Positions 28,776 through 41,766 of a DNA stretch of 64,000 nucleotides are shown in pieces. The translations under genes were made by a program, and so were the position numbers. The notes below the pieces were generated by a model, which was not told the origin of the DNA, did no database searches, and worked only from the letters and a program-made list of their open reading frames with translations. Source of the DNA: Eledone cirrhosa (lineage: Eukaryota); assembly GCA_964016885.1 (NCBI GenBank), contig OZ024742.1, forward strand, positions 202,616,001-202,680,000. Reading direction: 5' to 3'. Every line of letters begins with the position of its first letter. Position 1 is the first letter of the stretch.

Positions 28776-30086
28776 ATGCCAACAAAAACGGATACAACCC
28801 TCATCAACTCAAATGAAGAGATCCTACAGGAACTCAAGAAAATCAACACCAACCTATCTTTGCTGGTCGACAAACTTGACTCCACAAATAAGGAAACCGC
28901 CACCGGATACAAACCCTCCGAAATCGGCGACAAACTCCAAAACCTTTGCGATACTATCCAAACTATGTTCACTACTACCAACCCAGGAAAAACCAACGAA
29001 GAACCATGTGAGATTGATTCACACAAAATGAAAATTCGAACAATTCCAAAATGGAACAAATCCCTCAGAGACAGAAAGTTCTCATTCTGGAAGATGATAC
29101 AAAATCACAACAAAGCAGAGATATATGAAAAATGGCTTAACTCAACCTCTCTAACTCTCCCCCGTAAACTACAAATAAAGTCCATTCCAAATGAACCCGA
29201 ACCTCAAAGACACCTTAGGGAAAGAATGGCATTGGAAAAAATGAAGACAGAAATTGAACTTCTTAAACTGAGGGCCCAGACAAATGAGGAAAAAATCAAA
29301 ACCATCGATGAAGAGATCCTCCTGGAAATCAACAACAAAACTGAAGGCCCCAAGGTAGAGAAGATCTCCAAATTATGGAAAGGGGACTGCAACAGAGAAG
29401 AACTGAAATCCCTTCAACGCTGGGAAAAAAGTGCCGCTTGGTTCCTACACTATGAATCGACTTTTCAAACGGATTACACCTCCAATAACCCGTTCATAAA
29501 AATAGGAAAACCCATAACTGAACCGCACAACAACTTCTCAAACCCCCAAGCCTCAAACAAACGAAGAAGGAAGCACCACACCGAAGATGAGCTTCCCAAC
29601 CTCGCTACCATAAGAAGGAACAAAAACCCAAGAAATCATCTCCCCCAGAATGACATTTACAACTTTCCCCCTTCAAGGAGACACCATACCAAATCACTCA
29701 ACTACTACGCGGATTCCTCATCGTCAAACATAGGGAAAAGATACCACCGCCATGATAGATGCAACAACTTCCCCGCTTCAAGGGGACAGCAAGGTAATTA
29801 CCATTTTCTCAACTCTCACTTCCACAATACACAACAAACCCACACCACACGATACAACCAACAACGTAGGCCACTTATAACACCACAATACAACATGGCA
29901 CATAGAAACACACACCCATACTCTCAGTACAGGAACACCCCATTCAATCTACAACCACCAACCCGAACCACATTTTACAACAACAAGGAATATAACAAAC
30001 ACAGGAGACCACTTAACATCAGCAGACAACCCCTCTACCCCAACCATTTTTTAGACACAGCACACAGATACAGGCAAACAAAATAA
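28776..30086 (+). CDS. PLE ORF1 (charged, coiled-coil-like N-terminal protein)
   Basis: Long open frame starting right after the pLTR (ATG 28776), E/K/L-rich helical stretches, overlaps the RT frame. Confidence 0.75.
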   Translation: MPTKTDTTLINSNEEILQELKKINTNLSLLVDKLDSTNKETATGYKPSEIGDKLQNLCDTIQTMFTTTNPGKTNEEPCEIDSHKMKIRTIPKWNKSLRDRKFSFWKMIQNHNKAEIYEKWLNSTSLTLPRKLQIKSIPNEPEPQRHLRERMALEKMKTEIELLKLRAQTNEEKIKTIDEEILLEINNKTEGPKVEKISKLWKGDCNREELKSLQRWEKSAAWFLHYESTFQTDYTSNNPFIKIGKPITEPHNNFSNPQASNKRRRKHHTEDELPNLATIRRNKNPRNHLPQNDIYNFPPSRRHHTKSLNYYADSSSSNIGKRYHRHDRCNNFPASRGQQGNYHFLNSHFHNTQQTHTTRYNQQRRPLITPQYNMAHRNTHPYSQYRNTPFNLQPPTRTTFYNNKEYNKHRRPLNISRQPLYPNHFLDTAHRYRQTK

Positions 30087-32365
30087 CTCAAGACAGGGAG
30101 GAGAAACCGATAGTAATAAAAATTATCAATCTTACTAGTGCAGAACCAACACCCAACCTTATCAACTTACTCTCCAAAGGTCTTAAATTCACACCGACCC
30201 CACTACGTCCTAACTACTATGAAATGAAGGAAGACATCACAGACTTCTGTAGAAAGTTACGACTTAGTGAACAACTATTCGACCAGTACAATGAGGATGA
30301 ATCATTAGCCAGAAATAGAAGCAATTACACCCCTTCAAAAGGTAGAAATAAAATCCTGGACGAATTCTGTGAACACATCACAAACTTCCCTTACCAACAC
30401 TTGCACAGACAAAAACACAAGCCAAACCTCAACAAGAAAGAATGGGAAGAATTAAATAGATTAAAAACCGACAGAACCATTACAATTAAAGAGGCTGATA
30501 AAGGGAGTACAGTAGTCCTAATGGAGACAGAATTCTATATCAACTTAGCGCTCTCCACTTTGGAAAACGAAACATACTACGAAAAGGCTGAACACTACAA
30601 TCAACAGAAAATTATGAGAAACCTAAAAACTCTAATCAACCAATACAAAGAAGGACTCACTAACAAGGAATTCAGCTTCATCACAGACTTCACAAATAAA
30701 TCCAGCCTTTTCTACGGTATCCCTAAAGTACATAAAAGCGAATCAATCAGTAAGGCATGCAAGGAAGCCACAGACATAGTCATCAATGTCCCTCACCCAA
30801 TGATCTCAAATTAAGACCTATAATAGCAGGCCCCGCTTGCGAAACGCACCGTCTTAGCAACTTCATTGATACCCTTCTCAAACCCTTCCTCAAGCACATC
30901 AAAAGCTATATAAGGGACGACCTAGATATGCTCAATCACCTCCCTAATATGCCACTTTCTGAACAAACCCTACTAGTGACGTTCGATGAAGTCAACCTAT
31001 ACTCCAATATCCCCCACAACCTAGGAATAGAAGCTATCCAATTCTGGCTGGATAATTTCCACAATGAACTCCCACAACGCATCAAAAAAGAATTCGTGAT
31101 AGAGGGACTCAAATTTATCTTGGAGAACAATTACTTCGTTTTCAATAACAAACCCTACAGGCAGAAATCTGGGACCGCTATGGGAACGAAAACAGCCCCT
31201 ACTTATGCCAACCTAGTCATGGGATACCTGGAAATCACCCTCTACACTAAATTCCTAAACAAATTTGGAAACACCCTCCACTTACACATTGAAAGGAACT
31301 GGAAGCGATATCTAGATGACTGCTTCATCCTTTGGCACGAAAACATCGAAAAACTTAAAGAATTTCACACCCTTATAAATGGGCTCAACACAAATATTAA
31401 CTTCACGATGGAATACAGCCATCAACAACTCCCCTTCCTCGACATCCTCATTAAGATCCATAAATATAGAAACAGACATATACTACAAGCCCACAGACTC
31501 CAAGCAATATCTCCCCTTCAACTCTTGCCACCCTAGACACGTTAAAATTAATATTCCCTACAACTTAGCCAAGAGAATCTGTACTATAGTCTCCAATAAA
31601 AACATCTGCTACTTACGGCTACAAGAACTAAAGGACACACTCATAGGCAGGGACTACCCTGCATCACTAATTGACAATGGAATCCAACGTGCCCTAAAAC
31701 TCAGTACCCAGGACCTTAGACACCCTAAAGTAAATCAACCAAAACTAAAAGCTCTTCCATACATCTCCACACACAACCCCCTCAACAATGAGGCCTTTGA
31801 CACCATCCTCCAGAACATCCCTGTATTGAAAAAGGACCATAGAATGAACCAAATTCTACGAACACACGATATCATAAAGAGCAAAAGACAATCCAAGTCA
31901 ATGAAAAACATCTTAACACATGCCAAAGTACTGCCAACCACAACAACGAAACCCACAGTAAAAACATGCGATAGACCCAACTGTGGCATTTGCATCAACC
32001 TAATAGAGGGTTCGGAATTCTATTTCAAAGATGGACAACGTTTTATATTAAAACACAATTTCACATGTGCATCGGAAAATCTAATATATGTATTAACTTG
32101 TTCAGGTTGTCGAGAACAATACATAGGCCAGACCAAAAACAGCCTCCGCCAACGCATGACTGTCCATAGATCCCAAATTAAAATACGGGAATACAGGAAA
32201 ATACCACTGAGTGAACACATTGATACCTGTGCCGCCCAAAATCATCCCAACTTCAGAATCTTTCCCCTCTACAAATTTAAAGATAATGCCACCCACACCC
32301 AGCGCATCAGCAAGGAATCTTACTTCATTAACAAATACGGACCCCGTCTAAACACTTCTCCCTAA
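30047..32365 (+). pseudogene. PLE ORF2 (RT plus GIY-YIG), -1 relative to ORF1, with indels at ~30795 and ~31461
   Basis: IINLTS..LLSKGLKFTPTP, IKEADKGS, FYGIPKVHK, LRPIIAG, YLDD, GIY-YIG. The 31461 shift is a 5-nt deletion relative to the upstream copy. Confidence 0.9.
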
Positions 32366-32678
32366 GACGAACCCACAACATACACACGTCAACATACATA
32401 CCTACATCAGCACACATCTCTACCCACATATAAACACAATGACACACGTAAACACACATGCTCTATGGTGCAATACAAAAAAATATATGTGCATATATAT
32501 GTATGTATATATGTATATATATATATATGTAGTGAATATGTGTATGTGTATATATATATAGTGAATATCATTTCACACCTTTTATTGTTAAGATTTTTGA
32601 TGTTCTATTAAGAGAATCGATTTTACTGAAAAAATCGAATAATGTACACCATTTTACCAGGGGGAAAAAAATACTGGT

Positions 32679-32717
<39 letters not shown>

Positions 32718-32889
32718 CACAAACACATACACACGCGTACATCAACATAAAAATAGACTTATACACACACACACACACACACACACGCACTTCTCCGTAT
32801 AAGACAAAAGCTGAAAAATATCTTTTGACATGCTAAAATACCCCCCATTGCTTTCAGACACATTCTTACTGTCCATCGAATTACTCTGC

Positions 32890-32972
<83 letters not shown>

Positions 32973-33040
32973 ATCTTAATAGCCATTTGACACACATCGC
33001 TGCTGGCCATTGTCGCAGCATCGAACACCTTACTACTACT

Positions 33041-33119
<79 letters not shown>

Positions 33120-33602
33120 ACACACACACATATTTGTTGTGAAAGAGTCATTTCTCAATCTTGGCGCAAAACCAATTTTTTATCCACATGACCTCTACCG
33201 ACCAATCAAAATTGTTTTGACCAAGAATTTTTGCTGGAGCTACTTTTTTAACATAAAAACAGTTTTGGCGCAAAATCAACTTTTTATATTCACATGACCT
33301 CTACCGACCAATCAAAATTGTTTTGACCACAAGCATTTTTGCAACACAAAAATAACGCTGGAGCCACTTTTTTAACATAAAAACAGGTAGAATTCCCAAA
33401 ACTAATCAGATCAGAGCAAACAGCACGGACACTCTATCTCAAAATTATTTTTGAAAAGCATTTAGAAATGCGCAACCGGTAAAAACTTAAAAACTTAAAA
33501 CCACAACTGAGTACTAACCCATACAATCACTAATACTCTTTTATTCCTAATTAAACCATTTTTCAACTGTGAACAATTTGTCAGCATTTTCTATTCCGTT
33601 TA

Positions 33603-33659
<57 letters not shown>

Positions 33660-33924
33660 GAAAGGTATAGAAAACACTGCAGCGAAAAGCGAACTGCATT
33701 CCATAGTATATAAGTGACTATAGCGTCAAAATGGGAAAAATAGTTAACGTAAGATGTGGGTAAAATAATTTAAACTCATCTTAAAGAGAATCAGGATATA
33801 AATTCATCCACAGAATTTAGTGAAATCCAGGGAAAAATCAATAGAGCCTTAACTCATTATAAAATAAAGTTCAAGATACCTATCCTTCAATTTGGAAAAA
33901 CTTCAAATATATATTTATTTATAA

Positions 33925-34395
33925 TACAATATTAAATAAATGGAAACTATATTTATAAAACCATATTTATTTCATTATATATATTTCGGGGATATCATAT
34001 TAACAATATGCTATGCCTTCCTCAGACAAAATACAATATAAACAGTTTTATAGATAAATAGATTCGACATACCGTTATAACACCGACTTCCATTTGAAGA
34101 GGTTTAAGCTGGCAGCTTAAACCTCTTCAAATGGAAGTCGGTGTTATAACGGTATGTCGAATCTATTTATCTATAAAACTGTTTATATTGTATTTTGTCT
34201 GAGGAAGGCATAGCATATTGTTAATATGATATCCCCGAAATATATATAATGAAATAAATATGGTGTTTTATAAATATAGTTTCCATTTATTTAATATTGT
34301 AAATATACTCCAAATATTTGTCGAGTGCTTTTATATCAGTTATAAATATTTACTAGTTGTAACCTAACAATTTTAAATATAACTTTCCATGTATT
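33925..34395 (+). mobile_element. Near-perfect fold-back element (arms 33925-34111 / 34113-34301) with tail
   Basis: Palindrome centred on agctg-g-cagct, with a hammerhead in both arms. Related to 63517-63925. Confidence 0.88.
34193..34254 (+). ncRNA. Hammerhead ribozyme (inverted copy 33970-34031, minus strand)
   Basis: ttttgt-CTGAGGA-agg..catatt/aatatg..ccc-GAAA-tatata-TA-atgaaa. Confidence 0.68.
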
Positions 34396-34864
34396 TATTT
34401 ATAATATATATTTATAATGTATATTTATAATATATATTTATAATATATATTTATAATATATATTTATAATGTATATTTATATATATATAGTGGTGCTATT
34501 GTTTCCTCCCGTTGCATTCTATTTTCTACGCCATCTTTATTTAAATAAAGATGTGCAACGAAAGAACTTTGCTAAACTATATATATGTGTTTGTATCTGT
34601 ATAATTTTTGACCGTTGGTCAGTCAATGGCAACATTGAGCACCGAATAAATTAGATTACCGATATAAAAGACACAGAAGCGAAAAGCGAAAACCAACCAA
34701 ACAGTGAGTGTGTTCTGTTATTAATTCTGGCAATATTAGACAAATATGACCCTCCCCAAGTATAACGATATATATATATATACTTATAATATATATTTAT
34801 AATATATATTTAGAAAATATATTTATAATATATATTTATAATATATATTTATAATGTATATTTA

Positions 34865-34944
<80 letters not shown>

Positions 34945-34950
<6 letters not shown>

Positions 34951-36170
34951 TAACAGATTAAAGTTTAATGAGAAAAGCGAAGATAATACGTCATTATGTG
35001 GAGCGGTGAAAACAATTACACGCAAAGACAAAACCACATTCATGGTACAAATGAAGTCGTAGATTAATATTCTATTAGGTGGTTCGTGTAGGGTTTCCCT
35101 GGCAATGAACGTAAAAAACGAAGGTACTACGTCATTATGTGGAGCGTTGAGAACAATTGCACGCAAAGACAAAACCACGTTTATGTTATAAATGAAGTCG
35201 TAGACTAAAATTCTATTTAAGAAACCGTATGATTCTCGGCTTCAGAGTTAAGAATAATGTAAATAAATTAGTAGAAAGAAAATGACAGGTTATTGAAATC
35301 AACAATAATTAAATAAATACATACACGTATCCATATACGTACATACCCATGCATACGCGAAAACACCCGCCATGGTATGCATATACAAGCACGTACACAT
35401 AAACACGCGCACACATACAAAAACCCGCGCGACATCTGTACCCGCCCACATACGAACGTATACACCATACACACATAAAAATATATATATGTGTGTGTGT
35501 CTGCGTGTATACATATAATTATATAAACGTATATAAATATACACACATAAATACGTATATAACGCACGCACACACATACCTACAGGTAAAATACACATAT
35601 GATCACTAAACGTACGTCATCCAAAACACAAAGTACATGTGTACTTTGTGTTTTGTACACACCTTACATACGTGCAAGCACGCATACACATACAAACACA
35701 AATTACACATATACACATAACCATATACGCATGTACCAGTATATGGTATAACCCACCATATAATATGGAGGTGGCCACACCATTAGCTAAGATCTTTCTC
35801 TCCCTTATTAAGAAGCAATTCCCCTCAGCACATAAATATAATAACATTTTTAATAGAAATACCATTAAAATTTTCAAATGTCAACACTTCCGGTTATACG
35901 ACATTCCTAACGTCTTCACGAACCAAAGTATCATCTTCCTGATTTCTTTCGGTTGCATCGTTTTTAGAAATATTTACTTCTGCGTTCACAGATTGATTCT
36001 TTTTAGTTTCAGAAGATCCCGTTAAGGGCGAAAGCAGCGATTCTTTGCTTAAACTTTAATCTGTTATTTTAATAAATATTTGCTCTAGGGTTCTTATATA
36101 TTTCATATATATTTATCCTTATCGAGCCCTCTTTGGCTTTTAGTCTTCAAATTTATTATTATTACTATAT
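34945..36170 (+). mobile_element. Family B two-armed insertion containing a small PLE RT fragment (35740-35876)
   Basis: Family B in opposite orientations at the two ends. Internal IWYNPPYNMEVATPLAKIFLSLIKKQFP. Confidence 0.75.
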
Positions 36171-36194
36171 ATATATATATATATATATAGTAAT

Positions 36195-36792
36195 GTAGGC
36201 GGGAAGCCGCTGGAATTGGTTGAGGACTTCCTGTATTTGGGAGCAAAGATTGGGAATACGGAAGATGATGTGGCTGAGAGGAAGAGAAAAGCCTGGGCGG
36301 CATGCCACAGCTTGAGATCGGTGTGGAAGTCGGACCTTCGTAGAGACCTGAAAATCCGCCTCTTCATTGCTGTAGTGGAGTCTGTGCTGCTGTATGGGTC
36401 TGAGACTTGGACACTGACCAAGAAACTCACTCAGATGGTGGATGGATGCTATACGAGAATGCTGAGGATGGCTCTGAACATTAATCAGTATACACTGAGG
36501 ATGAAAAACTCAGAGCTGTATGGGAGCATCCCAAGAGTCAGCTCAAAAGTGACACAGAGGAGACTGAGGTTAGCTGGACATGCTCACCGACATCCAGAGT
36601 TGACGTTGCACTCAGTACTCCTTTGGGAGCCCCTACATGGACACACTAGAAGAGGAATACCAAGGTTAACGTATGTTGATGCCCTAAGGACAGACACTGG
36701 TCTGTTGGAGACGCAGGACATGGCAGCGATAATGAGGGACGGAGAACGCTGGAGAATACTCGTCCATGGATCTCGGGAATTTGACCCGCCTT

Positions 36793-36794
<2 letters not shown>
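36195..36794 (+). pseudogene. 5'-truncated LINE (RTE-like) RT C-terminal fragment
   Basis: VEDFLYLG, KIRLFIAVVESVLLYGSETWTL, RRLRLAGH and ERWR motifs. The stop codon runs into (AT)n. Confidence 0.88.
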
Positions 36795-36857
<63 letters not shown>

Positions 36858-36997
36858 TAATTATGTATATATATATTTATGTATATATATTAATAATAAT
36901 AAATTTGAAGACTAAAATCCAAAGAGGGCTCGATAAGGATAAATATATATCAAATATATAAGAACGGTAGAGCAAATATTTATTAAAATAACAGATT

Positions 36998-37060
<63 letters not shown>

Positions 37061-37068
<8 letters not shown>

Positions 37069-37235
37069 ATATTTGGGGAGGGTCATATTTGCGTAATATT
37101 GCCAGAATTAATAACAGAACACACTCACTGTGTTTGTGTTCTGTTATTAATTCTGGCAATATTACGCAAATATGACCCTCCCCAAATATAACAATATCTG
37201 TTTCGACACACGATTTCATATAAAAAACCTCGCAA

Positions 37236-37240
<5 letters not shown>
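37061..37240 (+). mobile_element. Mini fold-back derivative of a family-C-related PLE (related end at 34705-34770)
   Basis: Arms 37061-37123 / 37135-37197. The sequence atgaccctccccaaatataacaatatc..acacgatttc matches 3975-4040. Confidence 0.82.
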
Positions 37241-37282
<42 letters not shown>

Positions 37283-37440
37283 ATGCGATTTCACACAGCT
37301 TCCATCTGCCACATTTAACTCACAATGCATTGGTCGACATATAATATAGTACAAGTCATCTGTCTAATGTGACGAGCATTGTACTGAACCCTGAAAGATG
37401 CTGTTGCTATACGAACTGCTTAAGCACACAACTATGACAG
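37283..37440 (-). mobile_element. Degenerate tRNA-derived SINE
   Basis: Minus strand has A-box-like tagttgtgtgcttaa and B-box gggttcagtac. Confidence 0.5.
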
Positions 37441-37608
37441 TCATTCTCCTTTGATTGTTAGAAATACATAAAATGTAATTGGTCATAAGACATTATTTGA
37501 TTTAAATGACATTGGACAATTACTGAAGTAAAATGATACATTGCTGTAACAATGGTTGCACAAACAATTGGATGGCAATCGATCGATATGGCGTGGAATA
37601 TATTAGTA

Positions 37609-37682
<74 letters not shown>

Positions 37683-39161
37683 ATACATTTACAAATATAT
37701 CTGTGTTTATGTGTATATATGCATGTATATATGTGTACGTGTGTAATCCATCCATATGATGCGCATATGAACATATATATATATATATGTGTGTGTGTGT
37801 GCGTGTGTGTGTATGTATATATATATATATAAAGAGAAAGAGAGAAAGAGAAGAAATTAAGACGGGAGTACACCCAAAGTATATATCTAATATATAGCCT
37901 ATAATAATATTAATAATCAATATTAATTATCATCAACAATATATCAACTTAACTGGTTTTCGCTTGTAGCTAATCATAGTCGTTTCGTTTGTTTGATTTT
38001 AATAATCCACCAATTTTCATCTTTCCTACAAATTAGAAACACTCCAAAACAACATTAACTATGGTCATAGAGACTGTCAGTCGAAGCCTTATTTGTCGAA
38101 ACTAATTTAGAAAACCAACATACATCATTTTTATTACCAGAGGCTCATTTACTTTTATCCAACTATCTTAATCAGATTCATGTATATGAAGATACCAACA
38201 CAAGCAAACAATTCAGCTCTAGAGCTTTGATAAATATCTTTATACGAATTAATTTATAAGTTACATATTTCCAGCAATCTGTATTCAACTAAAGAATATC
38301 AAGAAGTAAACCGAAAATGAAATTAAACAGAAAAAGGAGTTAACAATCGATATATTTGTGTATATTAAGATTAGAAATGAATTAAAAGATTTATTTTTAA
38401 TAATGCTTGCCATGGTATTTATCTAAACAAATAATAAAATTATATGCTGACAAATAATTTTACTATATTATCCAATTTACAACATGTAAAATACAATGAG
38501 ATTAAAATAATCAAAGAAATAATGGAGAGAATTTGTTTTTTCTGTTCCAGAAGTACAGGAAAAGTGTTTATGCTTTGCAGAATCATTTACAAAGGGGTTT
38601 TCAAGAGTTGGATAGCATATATAAGTATTCGGCGACAGTTAGTATTTCATCATATTTTATTTCAACTATTATAATATTTCTTCTACATAATCAGTGAACA
38701 ACACTACAAATATTTAAAAACGGAAAAGGAAGGGAAAGACAAGGGCTCCAGGGTCACAGAAGAATGGGAGGGGGAAGGGGAAGGGAGAGCGCCTGAGGAT
38801 TCGACAGCGACTGGGGCGAAGAGGAAGAGATCGGAAAATCCCTAGTATTTCTTTGCAATGACCATGAAAGTAAGAGAAAATCATAAATATATCCTTATCC
38901 AGTGAATCAACTTGATGGACGGAAAGAAGATTTAATTTCTGCCCGGATTGGAAATATATACACAAAAGGGGAATCGAATAATTGTTTGGAGTGCGAATAT
39001 TGTGGAAGAAGAACCCGCATGGAGGTATATATATTATAAAGAGTCGGGACCCGACGTCTCAGCTCATGCCGTTTCAACAGCTAGTTCCAGACTGATTTAT
39101 ACATATATGCGTGTGTGTGTGTGTGTAAAACTATCTTTTCATGTATATATATATATATATA

Positions 39162-39836
39162 CTAGCCGAATTACCCGCGCCTTGCGGCTTGCTGCGTTTC
39201 ATACAATTTTTTGTAAGAAAATGATGATTGATTTTAAATCAGTGATATAATTTATGGAGAAAAACTCTGCATTTCAATATTACTCAATGTAAAATGTAAT
39301 GCATGAAAAATTGGAAAACATTATTTTTTGTAATATATCAAATCAAAATTACATTATTATATCTTATTCTGATTTTGTTTCTTGTAAATAATTTTTTTGA
39401 AAATATCAATTCAAAACTTTTGTGAATAGGCATCATATCTTGTCATTTACCTAGGGTTTAAATTTCATATAAATCGAAGGGAAAAAAATTTCAGAGGGGA
39501 TTTGTGCCCCCGGGGAACGCTAATAGGGGGGTTTAACACCCATTAGAGTGTCTTAATATTATTGAAATTTACTAACATATTGTGAATAGCCATCATTTTT
39601 TATCATTTACCTATGGTTTAAATTTCATATAATCGAACGGAAAACATTAACAGCGGGGGTTGGTGCCCCATCCCCCCCCCGCCCCATCCCTGGGAGCCCT
39701 TTGATTAAAATGAAATATACTTCTCCAAGTACCCTGGGCAATGTAGTTTCAGAATATATATGGTTATGGGAGTCTATCTCCAAAACCATAGGAGGAGTTC
39801 GTGAACAAACAAACAAACAAACAGACAGGAACTACA

Positions 39837-39845
<9 letters not shown>
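39162..39845 (-). mobile_element. Non-autonomous Helitron-like element
   Basis: Minus strand starts TATATAAAG..(TGTT)n..aactcctcc and ends with a GC hairpin (ccgcaaggcgcggg) plus CTAG. Confidence 0.7.
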
Positions 39846-39927
<82 letters not shown>

Positions 39928-41209
39928 TTATTTATTTATTTATTAAAATAACAGATTAAAGTTTAAGCAAAGAATCGTTGCTTTCACCTTTAATGGGATC
40001 TTTTGAAACTAAAAAAAATCAATCTGTGAACACAGAAGTAAATATTTCGAAAAACGTTGGTATATTGAATTACTTGGACTGCATTGCACTAATATATAAT
40101 TAATGTAAACTGTAGGCACTGAATTGGTTGTACTAACATTGTCCTGTGCACGGAGTGCCACCATAGGATAGATAGAAGATTAACTATTGAATTTATTAAA
40201 AGGGCTATATATTCTATATGCTGAGTACAATGAATTATATACAGGTGATATATGAGTTATGAGTATATGTATGGCTTGATGGCCAGATTAGTGCCTTTAT
40301 ATGAGAGAATTGATCTCTGGACCACCCTGGTGATATTTAACTTTGCCATGCATTCAGACATACAATGACTCAGAGATTACCGGGAGTCATATATAGTAAT
40401 AAGACCCTGCCAGGTTCTGCAGGTGGACTACACTTACAAAGATCATTGATTTGGAGGTCTGACTCTTCTTGTAGAATGTTCGGTTGTGGCACTCCATGAT
40501 AGAAGGTAATCATACGGATATGAACACCTTTAGTACTTCTTAATAGACTACACTGTAATTTATAGATAAGATACTTAAATTTAGAAATTGTTTATAACCT
40601 TATATGATAGGGACTCATTTGAAACACCATTAATGTACTTTAGGATAATAAATTTAACTATGATAATCAGCTAGTTACCTCCCCTTACGCATTAACTCCC
40701 CTTACGCATTAACTCCCCTTAGTCACACACACACTTCCGGAATATAATACAATGTCATCTCTCACAACAAAAACAATCTGATCTATGAATCAAATTAAGA
40801 AACGACAAGATATGATTTATATCATGATTCAACAGACATCCAATGTTGTATCATCGTGGATTGAGTGATGGACATGTAGTCTATAAATTGCGTTTCCTGG
40901 ATTATGTGGGTGGTGGTGGGTGCGAGGACAGTGGTGCTGTTTTGCTTCTCATTTGTAATATTTTTGATATTTTTGGTGTTTCTCTACAAACGGGCTTATA
41001 TATCGTACAGGTGTGTGTGAAAAATGCTTTAACAATACAGCCCCCATGATGCTATTGATTGCCTGCTTTTACTGCTTGTTTTTACATGTAACAATCTGCC
41101 GCACTATAATCCTGTATAAATAAGACAAGCGTGCATGCCACACGTGAGACTGTTTCATACACTGACTACTCTAAACTTTCCTCTTGCTTTATCTTCATAA
41201 ACTGCCAAT

Positions 41210-41215
41210 GTTTTA

Positions 41216-41246
<31 letters not shown>

Positions 41247-41350
41247 TTTATTTTATTTTCATTTTCATTTTCATTTTCATTTTTATTTTTATTTTTATTT
41301 TTATTTTTATTTTTATTTTTATTTTTATTTTTATTTTAATTTTTATTTTG
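41210..41350. repeat. (ATTTTT/CATTTT)n simple repeat
   Basis: Direct reading. Confidence 0.9.
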
Positions 41351-41497
41351 TCCTTTAATATGAATGTAACCTTTGTATGTAAATTGCCATGCTATATCAT
41401 TATGATGGATGTCAACCCACTGTGGGTCAATGTATACATATGTTTTTGCATGTCTCTTGTGTTGATGAGGTCAAGTATGTGAAAAATCACTAAATAG

Positions 41498-41546
41498 TTG
41501 CTCCGAAGAACCCAAACCTCGGTTTGGAGGAAACAATTGTAAGCAA
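41498..41546 (+). ncRNA. Hammerhead ribozyme variant (CCGAAGA core) near the 3' end of a non-coding element (~40060-41730)
   Basis: ttgct-CCGAAGA-a-cccaaacc-tc-ggtttgg-ag-GAAA-caattg-TA-agcaa, followed by the bulged stem-loop at 41594-41627. Confidence 0.7.
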
Positions 41547-41727
41547 ATAAATGATTTAAACTGAACTTTGATTCATGTAATTTCTATATAACTGCTCTGT
41601 AAAACAACTGATGTTATTACATTGAGCTATTTATCTTACTGGTAATAAGATAGTATATATTTAGAGTTTAAATATATATAACCATAAAAGGTTTTATTAT
41701 ATACATAACCATAAATAGTATCCTTAA

Positions 41728-41766
<39 letters not shown>

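Larger units (their letters stand above)
25331..33606 (+). mobile_element. Near full-length PLE (Neptune-like Cys-rich linker): inverted pLTR 25331-26264, 5'-truncated copy 26265-~28750, full copy ~28750-33606, in (TA)n
   Basis: 26265-28706 is nearly identical to 30880-33606. The left arm is the reverse complement of the pLTR. RT and GIY-YIG motifs present. Confidence 0.95.

Noticed and set aside
30757-31536. Frameshifts at ~30795 and ~31461 as programmed events
   Set aside because: No slippery heptamer. The 31461 shift is a 5-nt deletion absent from the upstream tandem copy, so it is a mutation or sequencing error.
33925-34301. Fold-back elements as MITEs or miRNA precursors
   Set aside because: Arms are asymmetric (one-sided tail), carry hammerheads, and in several cases match pLTRs of coding PLEs in this window.
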